Below are positions 1 through 9,436 of a stretch of 64,000 nucleotides of DNA, piece after piece. Made by a program: the position numbers and the translations under genes. Position 1 is the first letter of the stretch. Each line of letters starts with the position of its first letter. The notes beneath the pieces were generated by a model. It ran no database searches. It saw nothing but the letters and a program-made list of their open reading frames with translations, and was not told where the DNA came from. Source of the DNA: Burkholderiales bacterium (lineage in GTDB: Bacteria; Pseudomonadota; Gammaproteobacteria; Burkholderiales; SG8-41); NCBI GenBank assembly GCA_019751125.1, contig JAIENU010000011.1:291-64290 (forward strand), written 5' to 3'.

Positions 1-90
1 TTGCGGGTGTCGCTGTACGCGCAGGAGTTGAAGACGCCGTATCCAGTATCGTACAAACGCCTCGATAAATTGTGGACTGCGATGGGGTGA
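1..90 (+). CDS. hrpA: C-terminal end of an ATP-dependent helicase HrpA-like protein (partial, runs in from the window edge)
   Basis: Open frame from position 1 reads LRVSLYAQELKTPYPVSYKRLDKLWTAMG-stop. It resembles the conserved extreme C-terminus of HrpA DEAH helicases as I recall it; not searched. Confidence 0.55.
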   Translation: MRVSLYAQELKTPYPVSYKRLDKLWTAMG

Positions 91-127
91 GCAGGGCACG
101 ACATGGTTAAACTGCGCCTTAGCCCGG

Positions 128-168
128 ATAAGCGCGCCCAAAGTAAGTCCCCTTGGGGGAAAGCGCCA
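128..168 (+). repeat. GC-rich REP-like palindromic element, copy 3
   Basis: The sequence ...gcgcgcccaaagtaagtccccttgggggaaagcgcc aligns with the copies at 18826-18864 (reverse) and 21048-21086. The internal stem is ccc(c)aaag / ccttgggg. Confidence 0.5.
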
Positions 169-256
169 TCCGGGGGATGATTTGATTTCGAAGAGCGCTT
201 GTATGCCCAGGATGACGGCCTTCGGCCTCATCCGGGTTACGGACTGAATCCGAGCC

Positions 257-1486
257 ATGACCCAGACCGATACCCAAACCCCGCTGCTGTTCACCCCGAT
301 CCGGCTGCGTGGCATCACCGCGCGTAACCGCATCATGGCTTCGCCGATGTGCCAGTACCTGTCGGATGACGGCGCACCTCAGGAATGGCAGCTGGTCAAC
401 TTCGGCCGCTTCGCGATGGGCGGCTGCGGTATCGTGTTCACCGAGGAGACCGCGGTCGAGGCGCGCGGGCGCAAGACCTATCACTGCGCCGGCATCTACC
501 ATGACAGCCACATCCCCGCCTACCGCCGCATCACCGATTTTCTGCGTGCGCAGGGCGCGGTGCCGGCGATCCAGCTCGGCCACTGCGGCCGTCGTGCTTC
601 CCAGCACGGTCCATTGAAAGACCGTGCGACGCTGACCGAGGCCGATGCGCAGGACAACATGAAGCCCTGGCAGGGCATTTCGCCGAGCCCGCTGCCGCCG
701 ACACCCGACGGCGCGATTCCGCGCGAGATGACGCTGGATGACATCCGCGACACGCTGGCTGCATGGCGCGAGGCGGCGCGGCGAGCGGTCGATGCCGGTT
801 ACGACCTTTGCGAAATCCACGGCGCGCACGGCTACCTGATCCACCAGTTCCTGTCGCCGCTGTCGAACCTGCGCCGTGACGCTTACGGCGGCAGCCTCGA
901 GGGCCGCATGCGGTATGCGCTGGAAGTCGCCGAGACCGTGCGTGCCGCATGGCCGGCGGACCGTCCGCTGTTTTTCCGGGTGTCGGCGATCGAAGGGGCG
1001 GGTGGTGTCTGGGGCATCGAAGACACGCTGGCGCTGACCCGTGAATTAAAGGCACGCGGCGTCGATGCCATCGACTGTTCTTCGGGCGGTGTCGGTGGCG
1101 ACGGCCCGATGCCCGGTGTGCCACGGGTGCCCGGGTTCCAGGCCGGTTATTCGCGCGAGGTGCGCCACGCCACCGGATTGCCGACCGTGGCGGTGGGCAT
1201 GATCAGCGATGCACACCACGCCGAAAAACTGCTGCGTGACGGTGATGCCGACGTGATCGCCCTGGCCCGCGGCCTGATGGACGATCCGAACTGGCCGCTG
1301 CACGCCGCGCGCACACTCGGTTACGCCGGTGCGCTGGGCCTGGTGCAGGAGCGCGAGGCCCAGCGCCTGCGCCTGCTCGAGCAGCACCGCGCCGATTATC
1401 CGCAGGGCAGCGCGGTGGCGATTCCCTATGGCCCGCAGGAGCGGGTGCCTTATTCCTGGGAGACAGGCATCGCAAGGCGCGGGTAG
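257..1486 (+). CDS. NADH:flavin oxidoreductase, Old Yellow Enzyme family
   Basis: 409-aa ORF. The N-terminus LFTPIRLRGITARNRIMASPMCQY and the later HCGRRAS and EIHGAHGYLIHQFLSP motifs are typical of OYE/NamA-type FMN oxidoreductases. Confidence 0.9.
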   Translation: MTQTDTQTPLLFTPIRLRGITARNRIMASPMCQYLSDDGAPQEWQLVNFGRFAMGGCGIVFTEETAVEARGRKTYHCAGIYHDSHIPAYRRITDFLRAQGAVPAIQLGHCGRRASQHGPLKDRATLTEADAQDNMKPWQGISPSPLPPTPDGAIPREMTLDDIRDTLAAWREAARRAVDAGYDLCEIHGAHGYLIHQFLSPLSNLRRDAYGGSLEGRMRYALEVAETVRAAWPADRPLFFRVSAIEGAGGVWGIEDTLALTRELKARGVDAIDCSSGGVGGDGPMPGVPRVPGFQAGYSREVRHATGLPTVAVGMISDAHHAEKLLRDGDADVIALARGLMDDPNWPLHAARTLGYAGALGLVQEREAQRLRLLEQHRADYPQGSAVAIPYGPQERVPYSWETGIARRG

Positions 1487-1499
1487 GTTGCCATGCCGT

Positions 1500-2288
1500 T
1501 CAGCGGCTGTGGCGGCGGATGAACTCCAGCGTGGTCTGTGCGGTCAGGTCGGGGTCGGTGCCGCCGGCGTGATAGCCGTCGATGGGCAGGATCTTCAGTT
1601 CCGAGCCCGGAATGGTTTTTTGCCAGCCCTCGAACACGGCCTTGCCGCGGCGCGCGGTGTCAGTGCCGATGACCAGTGTCGGCGCCTGGATCTTCTTGAT
1701 GTCTTCACGGATGTCGATCGCGCCGACCCAGTTCATGTAGGCATGAAACGTCGACAGCGGCGTGCGCCCCATCATGTCCGACCACCAGTCGATGCCCGCT
1801 TCGGGCATCTTGCTGCCCATGCGATCACGCTGGGTGCGTTTTGCCCAGGCGCGTATGCTGCTGCGCTCGACCTCCTCGACCCAGCCCGCCGCGTTCGGCG
1901 GTGTCACCGGCGAGCAGGATACGGTGACGGTCTTCACCAGCTCCGGCCGCGCCGCTGCCAGCGCCATTACACTGATCCCGCCACTCTTGCCGCCAACAAT
2001 ATGTACCGGGCCGCCGCACACTTCGCGGATGATGCGCGACAGGTCGTCGATATAGCGCTCGTTGGTCAGCGGGTAGTCCTTTGGCACCGGCGTGGACAGT
2101 CCGAATCCGCGCTGGTCGATGCGCACCACCCGGTAATGGCGCGAGAAATGCGGCACCCACGCCCGCCAGGCTTCGGTGCATTCGGTGAAGCCGTGTACAA
2201 ACAGCACCGTTTCCGGCGTTGTCCAGCCGTCAGTGTGGTCGTCGATCAGGTAGTGCAGCCGGCAGTCCGGCAGGTCGAGGTAGGGCAT
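1500..2288 (-). CDS. alpha/beta-fold hydrolase
   Basis: Contains VLFVHGFTE, RVVRIDQRGFGLS and a GGKSGG nucleophile-elbow-like motif. Start moved to the internal ATG (MPYLDLPDCRLHY) at 2288 instead of the ORF-track start 2357. Confidence 0.8.
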   Translation of the reverse strand: MPYLDLPDCRLHYLIDDHTDGWTTPETVLFVHGFTECTEAWRAWVPHFSRHYRVVRIDQRGFGLSTPVPKDYPLTNERYIDDLSRIIREVCGGPVHIVGGKSGGISVMALAAARPELVKTVTVSCSPVTPPNAAGWVEEVERSSIRAWAKRTQRDRMGSKMPEAGIDWWSDMMGRTPLSTFHAYMNWVGAIDIREDIKKIQAPTLVIGTDTARRGKAVFEGWQKTIPGSELKILPIDGYHAGGTDPDLTAQTTLEFIRRHSR

Positions 2289-2314
2289 GAACGTTCCTTT
2301 TGCTGGGCGATGAA

Positions 2315-3280
2315 TTATTGGGCGCTGATGTTGTTGTCCTTGATGATCTTCGCCCACTTCTGGATGTCGGCGCGGATCACGGCATCGAATTCGGCAGGCG
2401 AGTTGCCCACCGCGGTTGCGCCCTCTCCGCTGAGCACGGGTGCGAAGTCCGGCGAGCGCACAATTTTCACGATCTCGCGGTTCAGCCGGTCGATCACGGT
2501 CCTGGGGGTGCCGGCCGGCGCCAGAATGCCGTTCCAGCCGCGCGCCTCGTAGCCGCGCACGGTGTCGCCGATCGGCGGCACGTCGGGCAGCGCGGCAATG
2601 CGCTGCGCGGCACCAACCCCCAGCGCGCGCACCCGGCCGGCCTTGACCTGCTGCGCGGCAGTGCCTGCGGAGCCGATCAGGTAGAAGTCGATTTCGCCGG
2701 AGATCGTGGCGGCCAGTGCCTGTGGTGCGCCCTTGTAGGCAACCTGCGTGAAACGGATGGAGGTCATCGTGCGCAGCAGCTCGGCGGCGAGCGAGCCCAT
2801 GCTGCTGGCGCCGACCGAGCCGTGGTTGAGCTGCCCCGGTCTGGCCTTGGCGAGATCGATGAGTTCCTTCACCGAACGCACCGGCGACTGGCTGCTGACG
2901 ATCAGCACCGGAGATACCGCGCTGACCAGCGTGATGCCTGCAAAATCCTTAACCGTGTCGTAGGGCAGATCCTTGAACAGGCTCTGGTTCACCGGGTGCG
3001 ACGGAAATGCCATCAGCAGGGTGTAGCCGTCCGCTGCGGATTTCGCGACGATGCCGCTGCCCAGCACACCACTTGCGCCGGGGCGGTTATCCACCACCAC
3101 CTGCTGGCCCAGGGACTCGGTCAGCCTGGGCGCGATGGTGCGGCCGATGATGTCGGTGATGCCGCCGGCGCCACTGGGGATGATCATGCGCACGGGACGG
3201 TTGGGGTAGCGGTCCGCCGCTTCCAGCATTGCGGCAGACAGACAAAGCAGGGCGGCCAGCGCCGCTTTTATATATCTCAT
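2315..3280 (-). CDS. Bug/TctC-family tripartite tricarboxylate transporter substrate-binding protein
   Basis: Signal peptide MRYIKAALAALLCLSAAMLEA followed by the family hallmark RYPNRPVRMIIPSGAGGITD. Start set at ATG 3280. Confidence 0.9.
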   Translation of the reverse strand: MRYIKAALAALLCLSAAMLEAADRYPNRPVRMIIPSGAGGITDIIGRTIAPRLTESLGQQVVVDNRPGASGVLGSGIVAKSAADGYTLLMAFPSHPVNQSLFKDLPYDTVKDFAGITLVSAVSPVLIVSSQSPVRSVKELIDLAKARPGQLNHGSVGASSMGSLAAELLRTMTSIRFTQVAYKGAPQALAATISGEIDFYLIGSAGTAAQQVKAGRVRALGVGAAQRIAALPDVPPIGDTVRGYEARGWNGILAPAGTPRTVIDRLNREIVKIVRSPDFAPVLSGEGATAVGNSPAEFDAVIRADIQKWAKIIKDNNISAQ

Positions 3281-3452
3281 GATATGGTCTTTGGATCGTG
3301 ATGTTGAGGCGGGTCCGAGTATAAGGCGGGCACTGGCCGCCAGTGCAGGGCCTGCGCACGGCACATCGCTGATCGAGTCCACATCATTGGATGCTTTGCA
3401 TCGCCGCCCGCGCATCGCAGTAGAATGGCGACCCCGTAATCAGGAGTGACCC

Positions 3453-4307
3453 ATGCCCTTTGCCGAGATCGACGGCATCCGCACACAATACGAAATCGCC
3501 GGTGACGGTGTGCCACTGCTGATGCTCGCACCGGCCGCCTTTGACTCGTCGATCAATCGCTGGCGACTCAATGGCGTGTGGAAGGAAATGCAGCCGCTCG
3601 ACACGCTGCGCGGTGATTTCAAAATGATTGCCTATGACCGGCGCGAAGCCGGTGAATCCGGCGGGCGCATCGAAGCGCTGACCTGGGATGTCTATGCCCG
3701 CCACGGCATCGCGCTGCTCGACCACCTGAAGATCGACAAGGCCTTCATCCTTGGCGGCTGCATGGGGGTGTCGCTGGCGCTGGCGATGGCCGCGCGTTAT
3801 CCGCAGCGCATCCATGGCCTGCTGCTGCACTGGCCGGTGGGCGGTTACCGCTGGCTGCTGAAGGCGCGCAGCATTTTCGACAGGCACCTCGATTACCTGC
3901 GTGGCCACGGTTTTGCCGGCGTGGTGGCGCGTGCCCGGCAGTCGGGTCTGTTCTGGAACGATCCGGAAGCCGGCCCGTGGTCGGCGGTGATCAAGCACGA
4001 CGCGGCTTTTGCCGAGCGCTACGCCACGCAGGACCTCGAGGCCTACAGCGACATCGTGGCCCGTTCGCGCGACAACATGTTCAACGACACCATGCCCTCG
4101 GGCGCCAGCGGCGAAGAACTCCTGGCGATGAAACTGCCGGCCTTCATCATGTCCGGTGATGATGCCTCGCATTCGGCGTCGTCGGCGCAGGCACTGCGGG
4201 AACTGATGCCCGATGCCAGACTCTCACCACTGATGCCGCCGGCGCAGAACGCAGCTTCGGTTGCGGCCTGGCTGCGTGAATCCAGGGACGCCGTGCCGGC
4301 GGCATGA
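3453..4307 (+). CDS. alpha/beta-fold hydrolase
   Basis: 284-aa ORF with an SD caggag upstream. It has an alpha/beta hydrolase layout (LLMLAPAAFDS, FILGGCMGVSLAL nucleophile-elbow-like). Confidence 0.75.
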   Translation: MPFAEIDGIRTQYEIAGDGVPLLMLAPAAFDSSINRWRLNGVWKEMQPLDTLRGDFKMIAYDRREAGESGGRIEALTWDVYARHGIALLDHLKIDKAFILGGCMGVSLALAMAARYPQRIHGLLLHWPVGGYRWLLKARSIFDRHLDYLRGHGFAGVVARARQSGLFWNDPEAGPWSAVIKHDAAFAERYATQDLEAYSDIVARSRDNMFNDTMPSGASGEELLAMKLPAFIMSGDDASHSASSAQALRELMPDARLSPLMPPAQNAASVAAWLRESRDAVPAA

Positions 4308-4453
4308 CCCGGCGCTTGAAGTATCTTTAAGCCATGCGTTGACTGTTTTTGCGGTAGGCTGGGAAAAAAACGGCTGGTGCATGGCCGGCTAATCGTCGGC
4401 CGGGGACCATGGGTCCCGCGACAACCATACATTTTCGAACGAGGAGAACCCCG

Positions 4454-5440
4454 ATGTTGCTGAACCTGAAAAACACCCTGCGTGCCACGCTGGCGCTGAC
4501 CCTGGCCACGGCTGCTGCGGTTTCAATGGCTGCCGACCCGGCCAAGGATTATCCGAACAAGCCGGTGCGCCTGATCGGTCCCTTCACGCCCGGTGCCGGC
4601 ACCGATACCACGGCGCGGCTGATTGCCAAGAGCCTCAGCGAGCAGTGGAATCAGCAGGTGGTGGTCGATAACCGCACCGGTGCCGCCGGCGCGATTGGTG
4701 TTGACCTCACTGCGAAAGCACAGCCCGACGGCTATACCATCTGCCTGATCTCGGCGTCGATGCACGTCAACTCGGCAACCAACCCGAACCTGCCCTACGA
4801 CCTGACCCGCGATCTGCAGGGCATTTCTCAGGCGACCTCGCTGTTCTACGTGATGTACATCAACCCCTCGGTGCCGGCGAAGACCGTGCAGGACCTGGTC
4901 AACTACGCCAAGGCCAATCCGAACAAGCTCAACTACAGCTCCTCCGGCACCGGCGGCCTGCAGCACCTGGCCGGCGAACTGTTTGACTACCTGGCCAAGA
5001 CCAAGATGACCCACGTGCCGTTCAAGGGCACCGCGGCCGGCGTGGTCGCCAACTTGAGCGGCGAAGTGCAGGTCGGCTTCGGCACGCTGTTCGGCGTGCG
5101 CCCGCATATGCTGACCAACAAGCTGCGCGGCCTGGCGATCACCGCCAGCAAGCGTTCGCCGGCAGTGGACCTGCCGACCGTGGCCGAGAGCGGCGTGCCG
5201 GGTTATAACGTCGACCAGATGTACGGCATCATCGGCAGCGCGAAGATTCCGAAGCCGATCATCAACAAGATCAACGCCGGCATCGTCACCGCGCTGAAGG
5301 ATCCGGAGACCGTGAAAAAGCTGGTGGCTGACGGTTCGAATCCCGTGGGTTCGACGCCCGAGGCCTATACCGCGGTGATCCGTGGCGAAGTGGACAAGTG
5401 GCGCAAGGTGGCCAAGGCCGCCAACCTGCAGTTGCACTAA
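4454..5440 (+). CDS. Bug/TctC-family substrate-binding protein
   Basis: Signal peptide followed by DYPNKPVRLIGPFTPGAGTD. SD gaggaga lies before ATG 4454. Confidence 0.9.
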   Translation: MLLNLKNTLRATLALTLATAAAVSMAADPAKDYPNKPVRLIGPFTPGAGTDTTARLIAKSLSEQWNQQVVVDNRTGAAGAIGVDLTAKAQPDGYTICLISASMHVNSATNPNLPYDLTRDLQGISQATSLFYVMYINPSVPAKTVQDLVNYAKANPNKLNYSSSGTGGLQHLAGELFDYLAKTKMTHVPFKGTAAGVVANLSGEVQVGFGTLFGVRPHMLTNKLRGLAITASKRSPAVDLPTVAESGVPGYNVDQMYGIIGSAKIPKPIINKINAGIVTALKDPETVKKLVADGSNPVGSTPEAYTAVIRGEVDKWRKVAKAANLQLH

Positions 5441-5513
5441 ACCCGCAGCACAGTCCGCGGCCCAAGACTCCGTTGACGGAGCAGGCCGCGGCAACACACC
5501 GGGGGAGGGTGTC

Positions 5514-6485
5514 ATGAACGCAAAGTTGTCGGTAATGGCCATGGTGGCCGCCGCGATGTGCGCGGCGGCCGTTCCGGTCGCGGCACAGCAGGCCTATCCC
5601 AACCGTCCGGTGCGGCTGATCGTGCCTTTCCCGCCCGGCGGCAGCAATGACATCGTCGGCCGCCTGGTCGGCGCCGGCCTTGCCGAGCGACTGGGCAAGC
5701 AGGTGGTGATCGACAACCGCGCCGGCGGCAATTCGATCATCGGCACCGAAATGGCGGCGAAGTCGCCGCCCGACGGCCACACCCTGCTGGTGATCTCAAC
5801 CTCGTTCACCACCAACCCGATCATCCACAAGCTGCCCTACGATCCGCGCAAGGACTTCGCCTGGGTGGCGATGCTCGGCAGCGGTCCCAATGTGCTGGCG
5901 GTGACCAACAGCCTGCCGGTGAAGACCGTGCCGGAGCTGATCGCGCTCGCCAAGGCCAAACCCGACTTCATCATTTACGCGTCCACCGGCGTCGGCAGCA
6001 ACGCGCATTTCGGCACCGAACTGTTCAAGCACATGACCGGCACGCGCATGCTGCATGTGCCGTACAAGGGTGGCGGTCCGGCGCTGCTCGAAACCATCGC
6101 CGGCCAGGCGCACATCTGCCTGTCCTCGCTGATCCAGGCCATCGGCCACATGCGTGCCGGCCGGCTGCGCGGCATTGCCACCAGCGGTGCGAAACGCAGC
6201 ATCACCGTGCCCGAGATTCCGACCATCGCCGAGTCCGGCGTGCCCGGCTACGACACCGCCAACTGGTGGGGCATCGCGGTGCCTCGCGGCACCTCGCCTG
6301 CGATCATCAGGCGCGTCAACGACGAGGTGAAGGTGGTGCTCGAAAACCCCGACACCATCAAGCGCATGATCAACGAGGGTGCCGAGCCGATGACCAAGAC
6401 CCCGGAAGAACTCGGCCGCCATGTCATCGGCGAAATGGATAAATGGGTGAAGGTGGCGCAGATCGCCGGCATCAAGGGCGAGTGA
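5514..6485 (+). CDS. Bug/TctC-family substrate-binding protein
   Basis: Signal peptide MNAKLSVMAMVAAAMCAAAVPVAA followed by AYPNRPVRLIVPFPPGGSND. SD ggggagg lies upstream of ATG 5514. Confidence 0.9.
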   Translation: MNAKLSVMAMVAAAMCAAAVPVAAQQAYPNRPVRLIVPFPPGGSNDIVGRLVGAGLAERLGKQVVIDNRAGGNSIIGTEMAAKSPPDGHTLLVISTSFTTNPIIHKLPYDPRKDFAWVAMLGSGPNVLAVTNSLPVKTVPELIALAKAKPDFIIYASTGVGSNAHFGTELFKHMTGTRMLHVPYKGGGPALLETIAGQAHICLSSLIQAIGHMRAGRLRGIATSGAKRSITVPEIPTIAESGVPGYDTANWWGIAVPRGTSPAIIRRVNDEVKVVLENPDTIKRMINEGAEPMTKTPEELGRHVIGEMDKWVKVAQIAGIKGE

Positions 6486-6510
6486 GTGCTTGGTGCAAGG
6501 TTTGCAATGA

Positions 6511-6544
6511 CGCCGTACGACGCAAGTCGTACGGCTTTGTTTTT
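6511..6544 (+). terminator. Rho-independent terminator after the tandem Bug genes
   Basis: Perfect 10-bp stem gccgtacgac / gtcgtacggc with a gcaa loop, followed by the tttgtttttt run. Confidence 0.75.
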
Positions 6545-6556
6545 CATGGAGACTGA

Positions 6557-7477
6557 ATGATGAGTGATGGCATTGTTGCAGGCAAAGTCGTGGTGGTCAC
6601 CGGCGCGGGGCGCGGCATCGGTCGCGACATCGCGCTGATGATGGCGAAGGAGGGCGCGAAAGTCGTGGTCAACGACATCGGTACCTCGCTCGCCGGCGAA
6701 GGTGCGGACCAGACGCCGGCGGAAGAAGTGGTGCAGCTGATCAAGGCGGGGGGCGGCGAGGCGGTGGCGAGCTATGACAGCGTGGCGGATTTTGATGCCG
6801 CCGGGCGCATCGTGCAGAAGGCGGTCGACACCTTTGGCCGTGTCGATTGCGTGGTCAACAACGCCGGCATCCTGCGCGACGTGATTTTCCACAAGATGAC
6901 TTTTGATGACTGGGATTCGGTGATGAAGGTGATCAGCTACGGCGCCTTCAACATGAGCCGCGCCGCTGCGACCTTCTTCCGCCAGCAGAACGGCGGCAGC
7001 TTCGTGCACATGATTTCCAACTCCGGGCTCGCCGGCAACGTCGGCCAGGCCAACTACGGCGCGGCGAAGGCGAGCATGGTCATGCTGTCCAAGCACATCG
7101 CGCTCGACATGCAGCGCTTCAACGTACGCTCCAACTGCATCGCGCCCTCGGCGTGGACCCGGATGACCGGCTCCATTCCCTCCAACACCCCGGACAAGGC
7201 CGCGCGTGTCGCGCAGCGCATGATGGTCACGCCGGACAAGAATGCGCCGCTTGCGGTGTTCCTCGCCAGCGACGCGGCGAAGGACGTCAACGGCCAGGTG
7301 TTCTACACCCGCATGAACGAAATCTTCCTGATGAGCCAGTCGCGTCCGGTGCGCGGCCTGCAGCGCAGCGAAGGCTGGACGCCGAAGGCCATCGCCGAAC
7401 ACGCACTGCCGGCACTGAAGCCTTCGTTCTATCCGCTCGACCGCAACCAGGATGTGTTCAGCTGGGATCCGGTGTGA
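6557..7477 (+). CDS. SDR-family oxidoreductase (short-chain dehydrogenase/reductase)
   Basis: Rossmann motif VVVVTGAGRGIGRDIAL, NNAGI, and a YGAAK catalytic Y-x3-K. Confidence 0.85.
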   Translation: MMSDGIVAGKVVVVTGAGRGIGRDIALMMAKEGAKVVVNDIGTSLAGEGADQTPAEEVVQLIKAGGGEAVASYDSVADFDAAGRIVQKAVDTFGRVDCVVNNAGILRDVIFHKMTFDDWDSVMKVISYGAFNMSRAAATFFRQQNGGSFVHMISNSGLAGNVGQANYGAAKASMVMLSKHIALDMQRFNVRSNCIAPSAWTRMTGSIPSNTPDKAARVAQRMMVTPDKNAPLAVFLASDAAKDVNGQVFYTRMNEIFLMSQSRPVRGLQRSEGWTPKAIAEHALPALKPSFYPLDRNQDVFSWDPV

Positions 7478-7635
7478 GGCCGATTCCGGCCTGATTGCCG
7501 TTCCAGCGAAGCCATCCGCCGCCCTGCACTTGCCAAAGGGCAGGCGGTTCTGTGCTGCCGCACCACAACGCAGCTCCGCACCTATCCGGCGCCCCGAAGC
7601 GGTGCCGATTGTCCGTGCTTTGCCATCGATGAGGT

Positions 7636-7668
7636 AATTATATAAATAATTGTTTTTATTATAATTTT
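7636..7668 (-). repeat. AT-rich intergenic element (core AAAAACAA), copy a
   Basis: The reverse complement reads aattataataAAAAACAAttatttatataatt. The core ttgttttt is at 7650-7657. Confidence 0.5.
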
Positions 7669-7786
7669 GTTGTTTTCCGGCATGGCGTCCGATGTGGTAC
7701 GGCTCTTGCATCCCATCTTGTATACCAGTTGGTATGCGATTAGCTGACACCACCACTCTATTAGATACAACCTGGAAAGGGATGCC

Positions 7787-9400
7787 ATGAACCGACGCGA
7801 ACTCCTCAAATCTGCCGGCGCCGTTGCAGCGGGCGCCGCGATGCTGCCGTTCCTGAAAACCAATGCCTGGGCACAATCGGCGGGCACGGCCGTTGTGCTG
7901 ATCGGCAATACGATCAACAGCCTCGACATCCACCGTCCCGGCACCAACCGGCCGAGCTACCAGGTGGCGGTCAATGTCTATGACCGTCTGGTGACCTTCG
8001 GCACCAAGAAACTCGCCGACGGTTCGCTGTCCTACGACTACGACAAGGTCGAGCCCGAACTCGCCGAGAGCTGGCAGATTTCATCCGACCGCAAGGCGAT
8101 CCTGTTCAAGCTCAAGCCCAACGCCACCTTCTGGGACGGCACACCCGTCACCGCGGAGGACGTGAAGTGGTCTTTCGACCGCGCGCTGGCGCTGGGTGGT
8201 TTCCCCAGGGTGCAGATGGGCGCCGGCGGTTTTGTCGATCCCGCGCAGTTCGTGGTGGTGGACAGCAAAACCTTCCGCGTCGACCTCAAGCAGCCGTCGA
8301 AGCTGGCCCTGCCCAACCTCGGTGTGCCGGTGGCGGTGATCATAAATTCGAAAGTGGCCCGCGCCAACGCCACGGACAAGGATCCCTGGGCCACCGAGTA
8401 CCTGCACCGCACGCCGGCCGGCAGCGGTGCCTTCAAGGTCGAGCGCTGGGAACCGGGCCAGCAGCTGGTCTATGCACGTAACGACAAATGGGTGGGCGGC
8501 CCGTTGCCCGGCGTGCAGCGCGTGATCATCCGCGAAGTGCCGGCGACGGCGACACGCCGCGCGATGGTCGAGCGCGGTGATGCACATCTGTCCTTCCAGA
8601 TCCCGAACAAGGATGCGCAGGAGCTGGCGGCGGCGAAAAAGGTCAAGGTTGTCGGCTCGCCGATCGACAACTGCCTTTATGTCGCCTGCCTCAACTACAA
8701 CTTCGAGCCGTTCAAGGACCCGAAGGTGCGCCAGGCCGTGGCCTACGCCATCCCGTACGAGCAGATCTTCAAGCAGGCCGCCTATGGCCGCGGCGTGCCG
8801 ATGTGGGGTGCCAAGTCGGCGAAGCCGGCCACCGCCGCCTGGCCGCAGAAGTTTCCCTACGACACCGACCTGAAAAAGGCCCAGGCACTGCTCGCGCAGA
8901 CCAAGTACAAGGGCGGCTTCGAAGTGCCGCTGTCCTATGACCTCGGCGAGGCCGACTGGGGTGAGCCCGCGGCGCTGCTGATCCAGGAAAGCCTGGGCAA
9001 GATCGGCATCAAGGTCACGCTCGACAAGGTGCCGGGGGCGAACTGGCGCACCGTCGCGCTGGTCGAGAAAAAACTTCCGTTCCTGCTGGAGAATTTTGGC
9101 GGCTGGCTTAACACCGCCGACTATTACTTCTACTGGGCCTATATCAAGGGCAACCTGTTCAACGCCTCCAACTATGACGATCCGGCGGTGGCCAAGCTGG
9201 TCGAGGAGACGCTGCACATGGAGAAATCCGACAAGTCCTACGACGCCAAGATCAAGCAGCTGATCCAGAAGGCCTTCGACGACGTGCCGCGCATCCCCCT
9301 GTGGCAGCCGACGCTGGATTCGGCGATGTCACCGAAGCTGCAGGGCTACGAGTTCTGGTTCCACCGCCAGGTGGATGCGCGTTCCTACAAGCTGGTCTGA
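7787..9400 (+). CDS. ABC transporter substrate-binding protein, peptide/nickel (family 5, DppA/OppA-like)
   Basis: Tat-like signal MNRRELLKSAGAVAAGAAM. At 537 aa it has typical SBP_bac_5 length and heads a permease/ATPase operon. Confidence 0.9.
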   Translation: MNRRELLKSAGAVAAGAAMLPFLKTNAWAQSAGTAVVLIGNTINSLDIHRPGTNRPSYQVAVNVYDRLVTFGTKKLADGSLSYDYDKVEPELAESWQISSDRKAILFKLKPNATFWDGTPVTAEDVKWSFDRALALGGFPRVQMGAGGFVDPAQFVVVDSKTFRVDLKQPSKLALPNLGVPVAVIINSKVARANATDKDPWATEYLHRTPAGSGAFKVERWEPGQQLVYARNDKWVGGPLPGVQRVIIREVPATATRRAMVERGDAHLSFQIPNKDAQELAAAKKVKVVGSPIDNCLYVACLNYNFEPFKDPKVRQAVAYAIPYEQIFKQAAYGRGVPMWGAKSAKPATAAWPQKFPYDTDLKKAQALLAQTKYKGGFEVPLSYDLGEADWGEPAALLIQESLGKIGIKVTLDKVPGANWRTVALVEKKLPFLLENFGGWLNTADYYFYWAYIKGNLFNASNYDDPAVAKLVEETLHMEKSDKSYDAKIKQLIQKAFDDVPRIPLWQPTLDSAMSPKLQGYEFWFHRQVDARSYKLV

Positions 9401-9436
9401 GCATAAAAGGGCTGGCGGAAAAAACGGGGAGCGGTC

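Noticed and set aside
119-844. Long antisense or alternative-frame ORFs throughout the GC-rich parts. Examples are 119-844(-), 1329-2552(+), 2300-3301(+), 6248-7933(-), 8081-9217(-), 9329-10495(-), 11858-12907(-), 15602-16786(-), 16924-17967(-), 23734-24963(-), 31116-32996(-), 35784-36761(-), 40335-41519(-), 51969-53339(+), 53948-55066(-) and 60830-62161(-).
   Set aside because: They overlap ORFs with clear family motifs on the other strand or frame. Their translations are Arg/Ala/Gly/Pro-rich low-complexity strings typical of shadow ORFs in high-GC DNA. None has a recognisable domain or SD.
2289-2357. N-terminal extensions given by the ORF track for many genes. Examples are 2357, 3415, 4409, 5382, 16960, 19168, 21107, 27824, 44348, 47919, 53888, 53912, 57580, 58335, 58095 and 62055.
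   Set aside because: In each case an internal ATG preceded by an SD gives a canonical signal peptide or a canonical family N-terminus. The extended part overlaps the neighbouring gene or reads as low-complexity sequence.
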